57,841 nt of DNA, filler included, from Platydemus manokwari (GCA_037951405.1; 5 parts of 5 records of this genome joined end to end with filler, not necessarily neighbours in it), one strand, 5' to 3'. Shown: positions 26,435-40,848, counted from the whole stretch's first letter. Notes: generated from the sequence alone by a model not told the origin. Translations and numbers: made by a program.

Positions 26435-29400
26435 CTATGAGAAATTAATCCATGATTAAATGTGAACAAATTGTCGTATTCATATTAAAATCAATAAAAA
26501 AATAAACAAATTTCGACAAAATTATAAATATCGTTTTATATATTTAGTAACTTTAGTGATTAATTTATTATTCATTGATATCAAGAAAACTAAATAATAG
26601 TAATAAAAACTAAAAAATAAATACTAAAAACTAAAAAATAGTAATAGAAAAATTTAATTTTTTAGAAACACATTTGTATGTCCCTATTATATAAAGTATT
26701 TGATCAATATTTTTCCAGGTAATCAGGAACGATTTATGATATATCTTTAGGTTAAATATCAGTATCTGTTCTCTATCAAATTTCCAAATAACAAGGGCTT
26801 TATATTTATATTCAAGTCACTTTATATAATAATTATTATTTCCTCAAAATTAATACAGCTTAGTAACGCTATAATAGGATTTATTTATCAATTTAGAAGT
26901 TCTACAATTATACACACAGAGTTTGAGCCAAAATTGTATTGTGAAAAAACACCAGAAGACTATCATGTGGAGAACACAACACTGTGGGATTTATATGGTT
27001 TTAGATATATCGAATATATCGATATAATTACTCTAAATTCAACATATTTATCTTTCGAACTATAGTTATTGTTATATTTCATCAAATAAAATATCAAAAT
27101 TAAATTTCCGAATAACAATTTTTGGCTCTGAATGAGCCAAAAGAATTTTAAACAATTATCTTTGTAACAAAATGTTTGAAAACTCTGTTATCTAATGACA
27201 TAATTTCTGAGCCAAAAATCAGTCAATCAATCCAAGTCATATTTCATTCCAGTAACAATGTTTTGATAATCCATCACTTGTATAATAATATACATATATT
27301 AATAATGCTGGAAATTTTGGAATTGGTAATTTTAATACAACGTTTAAAAGAAATAAAATTTCCCTTATTTTTAAAAGTGCTCGTTATCAGTAAATATGTA
27401 TGAGTGAGACAAATACAAAATTGAGAAATATTACAAAAGCTCTTTCTGGTAATTGTTTGAAGAAAACATCTTTTAAAACTGTGTCCCAAGCCGCTTATTT
27501 GGAATCCAGATATAAATAATGGAATTTCCACCATCCAGTGATAAGCATTAAAGATAAATGATGTGGTTGTGATTCGAATCCTTTAATGAGCAAGGTCTTA
27601 TTCGATACTGATGAATAAAGAAAGAGCTTCGGAAACGATATATCAGTGGAATACCATATTTGTGTCAGACAAATATTCATTCAGAAAACCTTTTACAACC
27701 CTTTACAATAACCATGAACAATAACAAGAGTTAAAATTTTATTCTTATAAAAATTATTTATCGGGAATATTGTTTGAAAAGTTCCACAAAATTCTCAAAG
27801 TAATTGAAATCACTAATTATATTGAAAGAAGAATCGCTACTCTTCATGCAATTTCATTTTCATTGAAATGATTCTTAAAATATTAATTAATCTCTTCTCA
27901 GTGTGTAAATATTTTAACGTTTACCATATACATTGGTGTAATTACATCTCAAACATTTTCGGTACCGACAGTCATGAAAATCAAATTCAATTTTTAATAT
28001 AGTCTGGGCGCATCTATCAACCACTTCACATAGAACTTTGTCAACCACCTAAATTTTTTATTGGATTAATCTTTCAATTGATCTTATAACACAAGCCTAA
28101 TTTTAGCAAATATAAAAAATCATAGAAAAATACGACATTTACATGGACAAATGTACATTGTTAATCGATAAAATTGCCAATAAATGTTTACTTTCTGCTA
28201 GGGAAATCTAGATTTTCGGACAAATATCTTTATCTGTAAATTTTAAAGATATGAATCAACTGTGTCGGTAGGTGAAAAAGGGAATGGCCTGATTATATTA
28301 TTGGAAACATTCAAAGAATAACTAAGCGGTAATTATCGATCAGGATTTGAAAAATATAATCTGCAAACCTCTCAGAAATTGAAATTTTATTCACTGAATA
28401 GAGTTAACGATTGTTCAGAGCGTATATGCAAAACAATGCTCATGATCGGATTGAAATCCATATAATGGTATATTTTAATATAAATAATAATATAAATAAA
28501 TATATTTATAAATAAACTATATATTTGATATAATTCAATGAAATCTATAAACTCTACTTGTTTTTGGATTGACCGGATTTTGATCCACCGGATAATGTTT
28601 TCCAAATAGCAGTTTTCCCCATTTCTTCACTTATATTAATTCCTGAATCGTTACTGCGAATTATTTTATTTCCTGAGCCGTTATCAAATTTGGTTTCTGC
28701 CATTTTAATCACCTAAAAATATAAATATTGATTATCGGGATTTGTATTTGTTACAGATTATTGGTACTTCTGTTGAACCACATTTTTCTATGTGGTCTGA
28801 TTCATTTTCTTCATGCAACGGTTTTTTATGATTTGGCATTATATCATCTAACCATTTCAGCTCATTATATGTAAAAATATATTCTAGACCTTTACGAACA
28901 AAACATAACGCGAGAACCTAAAATGAAACTAGAAAAGACCGATGAAAATAATAAATAGAACGAACCATGATAGGAAAACAAATAGACAATGCCTTAATTG
29001 TTTTAATAGCCCATAGAAGAGCCAGTAGCAGAATTTGTATAACTGTGAATAAATGTACTCTTCTTAGAGGAACATATCTATTGTAATAAATATTTATTAC
29101 TTATCATAAAACAATGTAAAATTAGTAACCGTAAATAAATATAATCGGGTTGATATTTTGCCGGCATAAAAAACAAGGATATTCGCTGCATCAATTGTAC
29201 TCCTCTTAATGACGCAACACCCATGAATAAAAATACACCATATAATACTGGCATTGGGATTCTCTATTATAATTAAAATTAATTTTTTATTATAATTTAA
29301 TTCTTATTTAACAAAATATCTTACTTTTAATAACGGAGTTAAAAACACAGAGAGCCCAATAACTAGGAAGATTATTGTTCCAGTTACTCTTTGTTCTCTG

Positions 29401-30454
29401 AAATAATTTGGAATTATTAAATCACATATTTAAAGAATCTATTTTATAAACAACAAATACATGAAGCAGAAAACCCTGTGCTGCTCTATTACCATATATT
29501 ATCTATGACATAGAAAAGAGCAACTTTCACTGACCAATTATTTTGGAAATAAGGGATTAGGAAATTATAAAATAGAGAATATTATTGTAGCACCACTTCA
29601 TTTTTAATTTTCACTTAATATAAAAAACTATTGCTTTACGATAATAAACAGTACTTTATTGAAAAGCACGTATTGTCAAACAATCGAATTGATTGTTGTA
29701 ACCGTCTCAGACCAGAATAGATTTAAATGAACAATTATTTCAGTCGAGAGTCTTTCTGCATTTAAATGACAACTACAGCAGTCTGGAAATGTGATAAAAT
29801 ATTTTTTTCAATTATGCAATTTAAGAATAAACGAAGGGGAATTGTGTATTTTCTATTTAAATTCGACCTCTCTTCCCAAAAAAACAAATAAACCTATTAG
29901 ACTATTCATTAATAATGTATAAATAAAATTGCCTTTATGAATTCACAGGTATTTAGCAATAATTTAGAGCACTAACAAGAAATGGTGTAAATCAAAGAAT
30001 ACAAGTTAAAAAAAATTTAAGGTAACGCAGAAAATTCATGCTTTGGATCACAATTTTTGATTTATGAGATATTTCAGCTAAATACTAATTGGATTGCGAT
30101 AATTTAATATGATAATTTGATTAACTAATGAATGTTATCTTGCCATGAAAACGAATCTGTTTGGAGAACAGGAGAAAACAGCATGTTTTAATGAAGATAA
30201 CTGGTCAGTTCAGTTTTTACAATCCATTTTTTCACGTGAGAATCAATGCTACGAAGGCATATTGAATAAATATTTAAAATATGGTAATATTTAAATTCAT
30301 TTATTGTATGAGAAACAAGGATGGTGTAATAAAATTAAAAAGTAAAATGAAATTCGATTGATCGAAAATACTTTTATCTAAAAGTGTATTTTATATATAA
30401 AAGATATAGTAATCTACAAGATATAGTAATATACAATTAATAATTTCATAATTA

Positions 30455-30492
<38 letters not shown>

Positions 30493-32290
30493 TAAATCAA
30501 TGGTCTTCACAATTTTTATGTATTCTGGCATAAAACATCAAATCTTAGCTGGTCTCAGTACTAATTCCAGATCTTTAAAATTCGATCGATATTTTGTCTT
30601 CATATAAGTCAATGTCGAAAATGAAATTTCTCGCTACCCCCAAATTTTTTTTCACAACCCACTGCATTAAATAATACTGGCGTGTTTGATTGTCATCATT
30701 AAAATCAATAATAAATGAAATAAATATTTGCTTTACCTGCATCCAAGAAATACTGGTCGCTCACCAGGAGCAGTGTTTTCAGATTCTTTTTTGAGACTCA
30801 TCACATGATTAATGGATAAAACTGTTGCAGCAACAAACCATGGGATACCGAGTATTGAGTTGACGAGAATGAGAATGGCAACGATTAACAAGTCAAGATG
30901 ATAACCACAGCCTTTCTAAAATTTCGAATATTTAAAAAAATTAAACAAGTATTAATAAAAACCTTCAATTTGTTCTCTTTTCGATTTACAATTACTGCTG
31001 TAATTTGTTGATCCATGAAAATTAAAATAACCGCAAGTAACGCGGGTCCCATAGATACAATAATTGTCCACCATGGATTTCTTCCTAATACGGGTATTAT
31101 CCATGGGCGCATTGAAAATCCTAAAGTGGGCTCAAATTTGACAGGTACATCCAGTTTCGGTGTGTGAAAGCCAAGGAAGAAATCTAAGAATGTCATTGAT
31201 GAAATTGCGATCATCACAGCAAAGTCCGATATCAAAATTCGAACCTAAGGGAAAAATTTAATTTCAAATACACTTATAAACTCATTGGACAAGAGTGAAC
31301 AATCAGAATAATTCTATCAATCTTGCATTAATCATTAACTAAGATCTGGATGAACTTAATAAATAGAGCTATTGTAAGAAATATTTTCTATCAGAAGAAA
31401 ATATGAAAAAATTAATTTCAATTTTCAAGTATTTTCACATTTCAATAATTCTCAATTAATCTCCACAACTATTGATCGATAAAACAAAAATAAACACATG
31501 GGGGTTTTGAAAGGCTAACTGTGACATCAAATCATTGAATCATGAAACAAAATAATGAAAAACAAAAATCAAGGAGATACACTTATGAAACATAAAGAGC
31601 TGGCTGAAAATTGGCACTGTGTTCTCAAACGTTTGTGTTTCAAGTGTGAAAATAAAAAATTATAAGAATGAAATTTTCACTGTACTGCTAATTCTTTATA
31701 GAATCACCTTATAATGTCAGTTATGTATACATAAAAGAACAAACTATATGGTGATAATAATGACGACTCAATTCTATAACTCGTTTGAAAACAATTTCTG
31801 CTACTATGCTCGACAGATAGGTAAATATACTAGTAAACGATAAAGAGCTAAAAATCCTTAACTAGTTTATAATGTGTATCGTAAATGTAGTTGTGTTTCT
31901 ATGGTAACTTCTCAATGCAATATTTAATATTATTTGACATCACAAATTCGCTCTAAAATGTATAAAATATTATCATAATAAATAGCTGTAAATAATAATT
32001 GTGAAATTTGTTCAACATTACAAATATTTAATATCTTCACACTAAAGAAATTATGGAATACTACCGACCCGATTGGGAAATAATCTGGCATTCCGCAGCA
32101 TTTTCAGCCCATATGATAGAGTAAAAGTACCAATAAATAGCAGGCATGAAAAGAAAAATACATCCGGAATGAAGTAATTTTTGCATCCTACTCCAGACCA
32201 TTCACCACCCCATTTTTTACAAAGTTCGATATATTTTTTTGATTCCCACGAGAAATAGTAGCTGGATATTTTTTCCCAATCAATGTTTCC
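26215..32290 (-). CDS. slc4a: SLC4-family Na+-coupled bicarbonate transporter (NBC/NDCBE-like), 3' part; 5' exons missing beyond the linker at 33318
   Basis: Nine exons join in frame (1527 nt, 508 aa plus stop): 32290-32069, 31244-30963, 30915-30737, 29397-29325, 29263-29130, 29077-28966, 28917-28768, 28712-28558, 26434-26215. HCO3_cotransp motifs: [115 protein letters not shown]. The tail has [14 protein letters not shown]. Confidence 0.95.
26750..27132 (+). repeat. Dispersed repeat family B, copy 2 (last SLC4 intron)
   Basis: Direct repeat of 23045-23393 with a few small insertions. Confidence 0.9.
30963..31244 (-). CDS. slc4a: SLC4 exon ([10 protein letters not shown]...[19 protein letters not shown])
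   Basis: tag| acceptor and AAG|GT donor; 94 codons; core SLC4 signature. Confidence 0.93.
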
Positions 32291-33317
32291 CTGGTAATGA
32301 GATAAAAAATTAGAACAATTAATTAAAAATTGTTAATACAATATAATTTAAGAATTTTTATTGTTCTCATATTACATAGAAATGATTAATAAAAAACAAA
32401 CTATTATCAGACTCGAATACTTCAAACATCATGTTCTGTAATATAACATCTTGTAACAATAAAATATTATCAGGTAAGTTTTCATTAAAGACATAAATGT
32501 ACACAAAAACTGACAATATCTTTCATCAATGATTTCGAATTTGTTACACAAGAGAATAATAGTTATAAAAATAGTATAAATGCTATTAAATATAAATATA
32601 TGAGCATGAAACTTAAAATGGACAACAATAGTGTATCTTTTATTTGTAAACTAGTTAGATAATTAATGATTGATGAATGAAGTTCCTGTATGTTTCCAAT
32701 ATCAGTTAGTTGTTAGTCTATTAATACCTAATCGATTTTTACCAAACTCTAAGATATGCTGGCACAATCACGCACGATTTGAGTGTATTTCATTGAAAAT
32801 TCTGAAATTTTATAATCACATTGGATTTAATACGTTGGCTGCCACTGTTTTAGTTATCATGATCATTATAGCTTTAATATATCATTTCAAACATTATATG
32901 TCTACTGATTAGTGGAATAACAATAAGAATTTCGCACAATTTCCAACAATTTACCAAGAGATTCATTAATTTCAACATAATCGAAAATCATTTATAGCAT
33001 GGAATATTTTCAAAGAAAGAAATTTTTAGCTGATATCTAATAACTCAAAAGCTAAAGGAAAAATTAAAATGTTATTAGCTGCCAAATGTGTTTTGTGAGA
33101 AAAAAAACCCCATTAGAATCAGATATTTCGTAATCAGCATTTACGAATATTATAGAATCTTTCAATTCTCATCTCAATTTCAGTTTCAAAGAATTCAATT
33201 TTTCTACCCGCAATCAAGAATAAATTAATTTAGTATTTTCCACCAACATTTATTACTATTTTTTCATCTATCACATAACCTACTCCTTATCAGTATCCTC
33301 CGTTACTTGACAAACCT

Positions 33318-33417
33318 NNNNNNNNNNNNNNNNNNNNNNNNNNNNNNNNNNNNNNNNNNNNTTAATTAATTAANNNNNNNNNNNNNNNNNNNNNNNNNNN
33401 NNNNNNNNNNNNNNNNN
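33318..33417. other. Artificial contig linker N44-TTAATTAATTAA-N44
   Basis: Same structure; SLC4 and TDG both lack their 5' exons on either side. Confidence 0.95.
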
Positions 33418-35877
33418 ATAAACAATTTTAAAAATAATAATAATAACTATTATTTATATATAAATCATTTATAACAAATCTTAACAGATATCAGATAATT
33501 AGAAAAGTATTTTATTCGCTTTAAAATATATTTTTTTACAAAAAATAATCGCATAATAATGATATCAAGTTTTTTAAGATTTATTAGGTTTTTGTATTAT
33601 AAATAATAATAATAATAATTTTTATATTATTATTATTATTCTCAATATTGTTGCTATCATTATTATTATAATCATTATTATTATTATTATCATTATTATT
33701 ATTGTTGTTGTTAAATCTTTTCAACCAGTGCCTGGAAAATTATTTCGTTTATTTTTATTGCAAAAAAATAAAACGGTTTAAAAAGTTGACTTGATGACAA
33801 GCAAATATTTTCATAAATTACGTCCTTGTTCCATTTTCATATCTAATAATTTGTTGATTTTATTGACTAAAAACATTGTTGCTTCCATGACAAATGCAAT
33901 GTTTTGATAGAAAGAATAAACAAATACCAGTAAATAAATAAATCAATAAATATCAGTAAATAAAAATGATATCTGAATGTAAATCAAAATAATTATAAAT
34001 CATAACGTGACATTGTACACGTGTGTGTGTATGTATGTGAATATATTGATAGATTATATTCTAATAATATTGAACGCCTAGATATCAAGGCGTTAACAAT
34101 TACTAATCACTATGATTATGCCATCTATCATTTTATCAATCAATATTATCAATTATCTTGGATTCATATTTGATTATCTCTAATTTTACTGTGATAATTT
34201 TTATTGTTTGTTTTTTTATTGATTTCATTGATCTTTTCACAGAACGGTGTTATTAAGAAATTGATTTTTACTTTCATGAACATGATAGGAAAATATTATT
34301 GAAAATATTATTCAATGAACTTGATATCATGTCAAGGTTGTTTGAAATTCTATTTGTTGGAAAAATCATGAATGGCGTGTGACATTGATGAATAGAATTT
34401 GCCATCGCACGAGCTCTCAATGGAATCATATTTATTGAATTCTCAGACTTTGTTATTATTGTAAAGCGCTGTCGCATGCCATTATTGAGAATTGGCTTCA
34501 TCTGTGAACTCTAAGAAGACAAGCGCATTTCTATCATCAGTGAAATTATTCTCATTCACTTGCTCAATTCTATTCAATGATAGAAAAACAAAACATTGGC
34601 TGAGATATTATTAAACATATTCTGAAAATATCGTAATATTTCTTCAGTTTGTTTTTCATAAATTTATCTTGCGCATCTAATCAATTTAGCACTTCGTTAT
34701 ATTGATTATTAACTTTGATGTATGAAAATAATCTGCAAATAATCGATATCAATTATGCTTTCTATCCCAGTCCAAATTTGTATCCGCAATTTATTGATCA
34801 TTGGTTTTTCTTTGTTTCTACAATATTTAATTGAATATTTTCGCTTTCGATATCTGTTTAATTGATAAGAATATGTGGAGAAGAATATTATTGATGTTCT
34901 CGGTAATATTTCGACAAAATTGGTGATTTAAATTACTTGATAAGATGTTTCTATGATGGAATAAACATGAATTTCACTGGTATCATGGTAACAATTATTA
35001 GACACACATGCCTTGGTAAATAAGGCATACTTTTCCCCAGCACTACTCTTGTTCGTGTTGAAAGGCGTCCTAGTAATTATGAACTTTTACATCTGTCGTT
35101 TTGTTTTGACGCCGCTTTTCAATCGTTATATTAATTATTTCCTAAGGTTCTTTTTCTCCACAATTACTCATTAGTTTAGACTTATATGGAGAGTACTTGC
35201 TGTGGTTCTGTTTTGAATATATTTTCACATTATTATTCAATTATAACACAACATATAGGGTTCTTCATGTGAATAAATAGCCTTCTGAGAAATTTGTGGT
35301 TTTAATTATATCGATTGAATCATTGGTTCATGTATGGGAATTTCGATTTCATTCAAACAATGAATACATTGGCTCGACGTTGACAATGTTGTTAATAATG
35401 TTCATTCTTGTCGATACTGATTATTAGAAATAAGATTTTATCCATACGGAGCACTTTTTATAACCATTTGTTTTCCGATTGTTTGTTGAAATATTATTTT
35501 AGTGAAGGGTGTCGACAAAATGTTGGCTAATTATTGATCGTGTGTGTGTGTCTATAAGAATGTATAATCCAAATCAGAATTAGAAGCGACAATACAATGT
35601 TTATAAAAGGGATTTTATCTAACACTGACGTTTAACAAAGACTAAAAAAGGTCTACCGGAGGGACAATATTATTGATTTGCTCCTTAAATAATATTAGAT
35701 GGATTATTCTTATCGACTTTATATTATCATAATCATTTATTATGAATTATACTGATTTTTGGGGTTTGACTTTTTGATTGGTTCTCAATCATTTTATTTC
35801 ATTTCGAGAGATAAGCCCACATAATATAGCATAATATATCGATTAATATTCAATTTTATTGATATCCTTGACTCTAG

Positions 35878-36499
35878 ATCGTTTTCGTGATGCCGTCGTC
35901 AAGTGCTAGATGTGCTCAATTACCGAGAGCAGAAGACAAATTACCATTTTTTGTGGCATTGCGCAAATTACGCGACTACGTGAACGGTGACCTCCCATTT
36001 CTCAGTGATCAGGAAGTGATATTTTCCGATTATACCGAATTTAGGGTGACACAGCCAGATCCGAAAAGTTTACGCAAAGCGGAGCGGAGACGTAAACGAA
36101 AAGCTGAACAGATGCTAGGAACAAATTGCTCGTCAGACATGCTGGTGTCATCTAGTGGTGGTAAATCACGAAAAAACAAAAGCATTTATTCCACAGACAG
36201 ACAGATGATCAAATCGGAAAATCATTTAGGAAATGTCATGACTGGAAACAAAGACAGTATTGATTTGAATATGAGCAGTGCTGATCTCACACCGGTGACT
36301 ATAACGGATGAATCCGTCCCTCAAATGGACATGCCAATTGCTCTGTACAATCAATCCACAGGAGTCATCAGTATTGTTCCTAGTTGTGACATGTTTGGTG
36401 GAACAAACACAATTGCAATTGCTAATGGTAGTCCAGTGCTCATGTTGCCATCGAATACTAATACAAACAAAACTGGCAACGTTATTCAAAATAAAAATG
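35878..36499 (+). CDS. TDG: G/T mismatch-specific thymine-DNA glycosylase (TDG/Thd1): exon with the end of the catalytic domain and a low-complexity tail; upstream exons not seen
   Basis: After the ctctag| acceptor it reads IVFVMPSSSARCAQLPRAEDKLPFFVALRKLRD, matching the TDG motif YVMPSSSARCAQFPRAQDK...KLKDLRD. A basic NLS-like RKAERRRKRK follows. It ends either at TAG 36508-36510 or at the phase-1 donor G|GTATTT (36500). Confidence 0.88.
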
Positions 36500-38955
36500 G
36501 TATTTTATAGCATTTTCATCATTAATTATATAGCAAATAAATATGTATGGAAGATGTCCTTGATCTTGGTATTGATTTCATGGCCAATACCATTTTGTCT
36601 TGAGTGCGTCATCTCTGTATTTTATAGCTCTTTATGTTCCCTTGTTTAACATAACTCACACTGCAAATATCTTTTCGTTTTGTTTATTTCCAAACAAAAT
36701 ATTTTTCAAACTAAACAGTCACTATGGGTCCCCTCATAACATAATATGTGACACCAATTGATAATATCAACAGTTGTGATAATTATAGAATTTATTAATA
36801 ATTCAAGATATAAGTAGAGATACCTTTTATTGTCAAAATCATTATCAAATAATAATTTGTTATAATTCAGTAAATGGGATGATAATAAATATGTTTATAT
36901 ATGATATCAACGATCGAATAATAGACATCAGTAATACTGGTTTGGAATAAATGTTGAAAAATGAGATCGATATAACGATTGCAATCGAATGGCATCGTGT
37001 ATGAAAATAATGGAAATATCGATTCCGTTTGTCATGGAAACCGTGAAGGATGTTCTATATCAATGAAAGGATGTTATATAATTCAATAATCAATATCTCT
37101 ATCGGAAATTTATTGAAAATAAAGTGAATTTAGTAAATCCATAATTATAATTAAAAGTTTCGATGGAAACATTTTGAGGATAAAATGAGACTGTGCAAAA
37201 TGCTAACTGCCCCAGGAGCAATTTAACAGAATGTTCAATAGTGTTTATTATATTTATAAATATATTTTATTTTCACTAAATTATTGGCACAAATAAATTT
37301 CGGTGGTGCAGGTATGTCGACTCTAAAAGTACCTTGGCGACATCGAAAATCACATGCATCGATAGTGGAGAAAGTTGATTCACAAAATATAGTTTTGAAA
37401 TTGCCCAGAATTTTGACAGGCTGGATTATTTCTGCAAGACACTATTCAATTGGATGAGATCAATAAATGTCAAAAATCCAAGTGCATTACATAGATCTAG
37501 TTGGTATGTATTAGTTCTGAATGGATTTCTGTCAATCTCGTTTGTAGAAAACTATGTCTTGATAATGAGCCTGCTGTTAATTAAAATTTTAAATCGGATT
37601 TTAGAAAAATATGGAAATTGATGAAGGTTTTGATATTGTTAGAACATTGTAAATGGAAAGATAAATTCGTCGATCAATAAATTAATTTGGATGAAGGCAA
37701 AATTTTTGGTACGGATACATCATTAATGAATGATGGTTGCAGGTTATCGATAGAAGTTAAAGATGATAATAATGATCAACGTCGATATCGGTCGATAACA
37801 TTGTTTCGCCTGACGGTTTATCAGTTGATTATAGGCAAATCGTAGGAACGATTTAAATATCGATTTCTCCAACAATATCAGCACACTTATATCGTGATGG
37901 CCATTGATGCTGGTGCAAATTAGTGTTGTTAAATAGCGCTATATTGGCAGTGATAAACATTCTCTTCAATTTGATTTTTGGTTTTGTTATTTTCTGGACC
38001 ACATTTTCAGTGAGCCATGATTTTAATTGCTGTACTAATTGCTCATTTGTGATGAGAATTATACGATTTTAACACGTCTGTTTTCAATGGGTTCAGTGTG
38101 TATTCATTAGATGGCTCAATTAGTTGTAAAAAACAATTAATTTCTGTTCTCACAGGTATTCCATTTCAACTGTTCAATTCAATCGATCTCTTTCGTTGAT
38201 CTCATTTAGCTTTATTGGTATAATAATAATAATTATTATTATAACACATTTTTATATTTGTGGCAGTAATTATCAAAATCAATTACTAATCGATAATAGT
38301 ATAAATAATTTTATTGTTTTAATTGGTTGAAATATTATTGATAATCTTTAATATATAATTGTCATAACAAACCAAAAATGAGTTATAATCAATAATATAT
38401 TATGGAAAAGAAATGTCAAATGATATTTTATAAACCGTGAGTAATATTTATTTATTATTCTTATAACACACTAAAGAATAAGAAAGGAAATTATATTTTT
38501 ATAACATCATTTTTTTGGATTTTTTGAGGTCAAAATCGAAATGATCAAAATTCTTTACTGAATCGATAAATACTTCATGGAACTGTAAATTGATTCCAGA
38601 AATTTGTGATGTGATTATTGGTGTATTATGGGATAATAATAAAACTATTTCATCGATTTTGATAATAAAATGATCAATATTTTGTATCAATAATTATCAC
38701 GTAGATATAAAATTAATCTGATCACGAGATGATAAGGAGAAAAATTCTGATGTGCTTCTGAAAGGAAATCGTATAAATTGGATAGTGGTCTATTGGGATG
38801 AATATGTGTTCGATATTATTTTCTAAATCAAATGTTTAGAATTGATCTCAATAAATTAAATTTTACTTGAGATCACGACTTTAGACAGTGTTGCGATTTG
38901 TCTCAGACTGTTGAAGCAGAAAATGAATGTTTTTTTTTAATTATTATTGTTTCAG

Positions 38956-39504
38956 TTTCCCAAGTAGTGACCAAGCCCCTTCTATTACAACAGGATGCCA
39001 ACGGACAAACTTACATATTGGCATCCCCTTCTCAGTTTCTCCAGACATCCAATCAAATTCAAAACACACAAACCGCTACACTGGTTCCCATAGGAACGTC
39101 AAATGGTAGCACTACTATGGCTCTTCTGCAGCCAGGACAACTGCTCACAGCTTCAGGTCAGGTGATAGATACCGGCACTGCCACTCTATCGTGGGCACCA
39201 CAAGCCCAGATACAACCACAACAACAAACCCAACAGCAACAACAACAACAGCAACAGCAACAGCAGCAACAACAACAACAACAAACACAATTCATTACGC
39301 AGACCTCAAACGGGCTCGTCTATCAGAAGGCAGCAGTCAATAACACAGCCCCGCAACAGCAACAACAACAACAACAGCAAACTCAACAATTCATTTGCAC
39401 GGCAGCTACACTTCAGCAACTCCTTCAACAACAACAGCAGCCACAATTCCAAATCATCAATCAACTCGGATATCCTCAGCAATTTGCAATCCAAACATCG
39501 CTGG
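38956..39504 (+). CDS. Internal glutamine-rich (polyQ) exon, 183 codons; probably the C-terminal extension of TDG
   Basis: ttcag| acceptor and G|GTGAGT donor, both phase 1. Raised GC and mixed CAA/CAG runs. Phase-compatible with the TDG donor at 36500. Confidence 0.7.
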
Positions 39505-40068
39505 GTGAGTGTGACGTAATCGCTTCATGTATTATATAACTCTTTAATATATTTATATATGTGAGAGAAATGAATTATCTCAATTCGAGCACTAACGCAT
39601 AAAAACGTTTAATGGCAAAAATGTCGTCAAAAAATGTCGCTATCAATTATTCTAATAAGTTTATTGTCCAAATCATTCAGCCACAATTTCTCCACACTGA
39701 TTGGCGCAATACAATAATTACTATCATTCAATTGCTCTTTCATTTTTTTATCACTTTATAGCCAGATTTTCTGGTTGACCGGTCTCGTCCTTTGTTGAAA
39801 TATATGAGCTTTGTTGTCTCTGCAAAAAATTTCACAAGACCTGGCACAGGTTGCCATTATTAAAGCAGAAAAAAAACGATTCAAACAAAAAATAATCAAT
39901 CTCTAATTTGTCAATACTGAAATGAAATATCGATAAATTTTTTTTCAATGAAAAATTATTTTTCATGACGATTGGAGCGATTTATAAATAGACTGATTGC
40001 TGGAGATTTTTTTTTACTTTCATCTAAAATTGAATTTTATGTAAAATTTCATTAAAATAAGATTACAA

Positions 40069-40168
40069 NNNNNNNNNNNNNNNNNNNNNNNNNNNNNNNN
40101 NNNNNNNNNNNNNNNNNNNNNNNNNNNNNNNNNNNNNNNNNNNNNNNNNNNNNNNNNNNNNNNNNNNN
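40069..40168. other. Scaffold gap (100 N, no spacer)
   Basis: Direct reading; both flanks recur downstream as exact 77-mers. Confidence 0.95.
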
Positions 40169-40771
40169 TTGAACACGGCCATCGGTAATATCTGACGATC
40201 AGAATTTGTTCTGATTATCATCCAAGTAATTCATTTTTTTATTTTACAAATAAAATAGTTAAAACATGAAAATTCTTATTATTTAATTCTACCGTTGCCA
40301 ATTTCCTTCATTTAATATTTGCTGAGATTAAATTATTGTTTATCATATCTTTTATTAAATCCACATTCCTAAATTCAATAGCTATATTAAGAATTTCTTA
40401 TTTACTTCCCATAGCTTTTAAATTGTGATTTACATTTTATATTACTAATTGTTGGTTGTTTTGTTTTTGAAGAGCAGATTTAGAAAATTCTGAAATACTT
40501 TTATTTAAAAATTTTTGAATATTGTTTTTCTTAAGTCTCTATTTATTTTATTTTTTAAACTTACCGGTTGCTTTAATCAAAAATTTTAATAATAAAAATT
40601 AACATATATCTCTGCATTCACAAAATCAGAGAAATTCATTAAATGAGAAAAACCTTGCTTATTCGGATTTCATAGTCTCGATTGTATAATAGACGAATAT
40701 TGTATTAAGCTCCAATAGCAAAGGTGACCATTGTGTAATAGAAGTTATTATTTATTCTGGCTCTTCTACCA

Positions 40772-40773
<2 letters not shown>

Positions 40774-40845
<72 letters not shown>
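40774..40845. repeat. (CA)n(TA)n compound microsatellite
   Basis: Direct reading. Confidence 0.95.

Positions 40846-40848
<3 letters not shown>

Noticed and set aside
33244-33317. Fragment of the next upstream SLC4 exon
   Set aside because: Too short before the gap; frame and donor are ambiguous.
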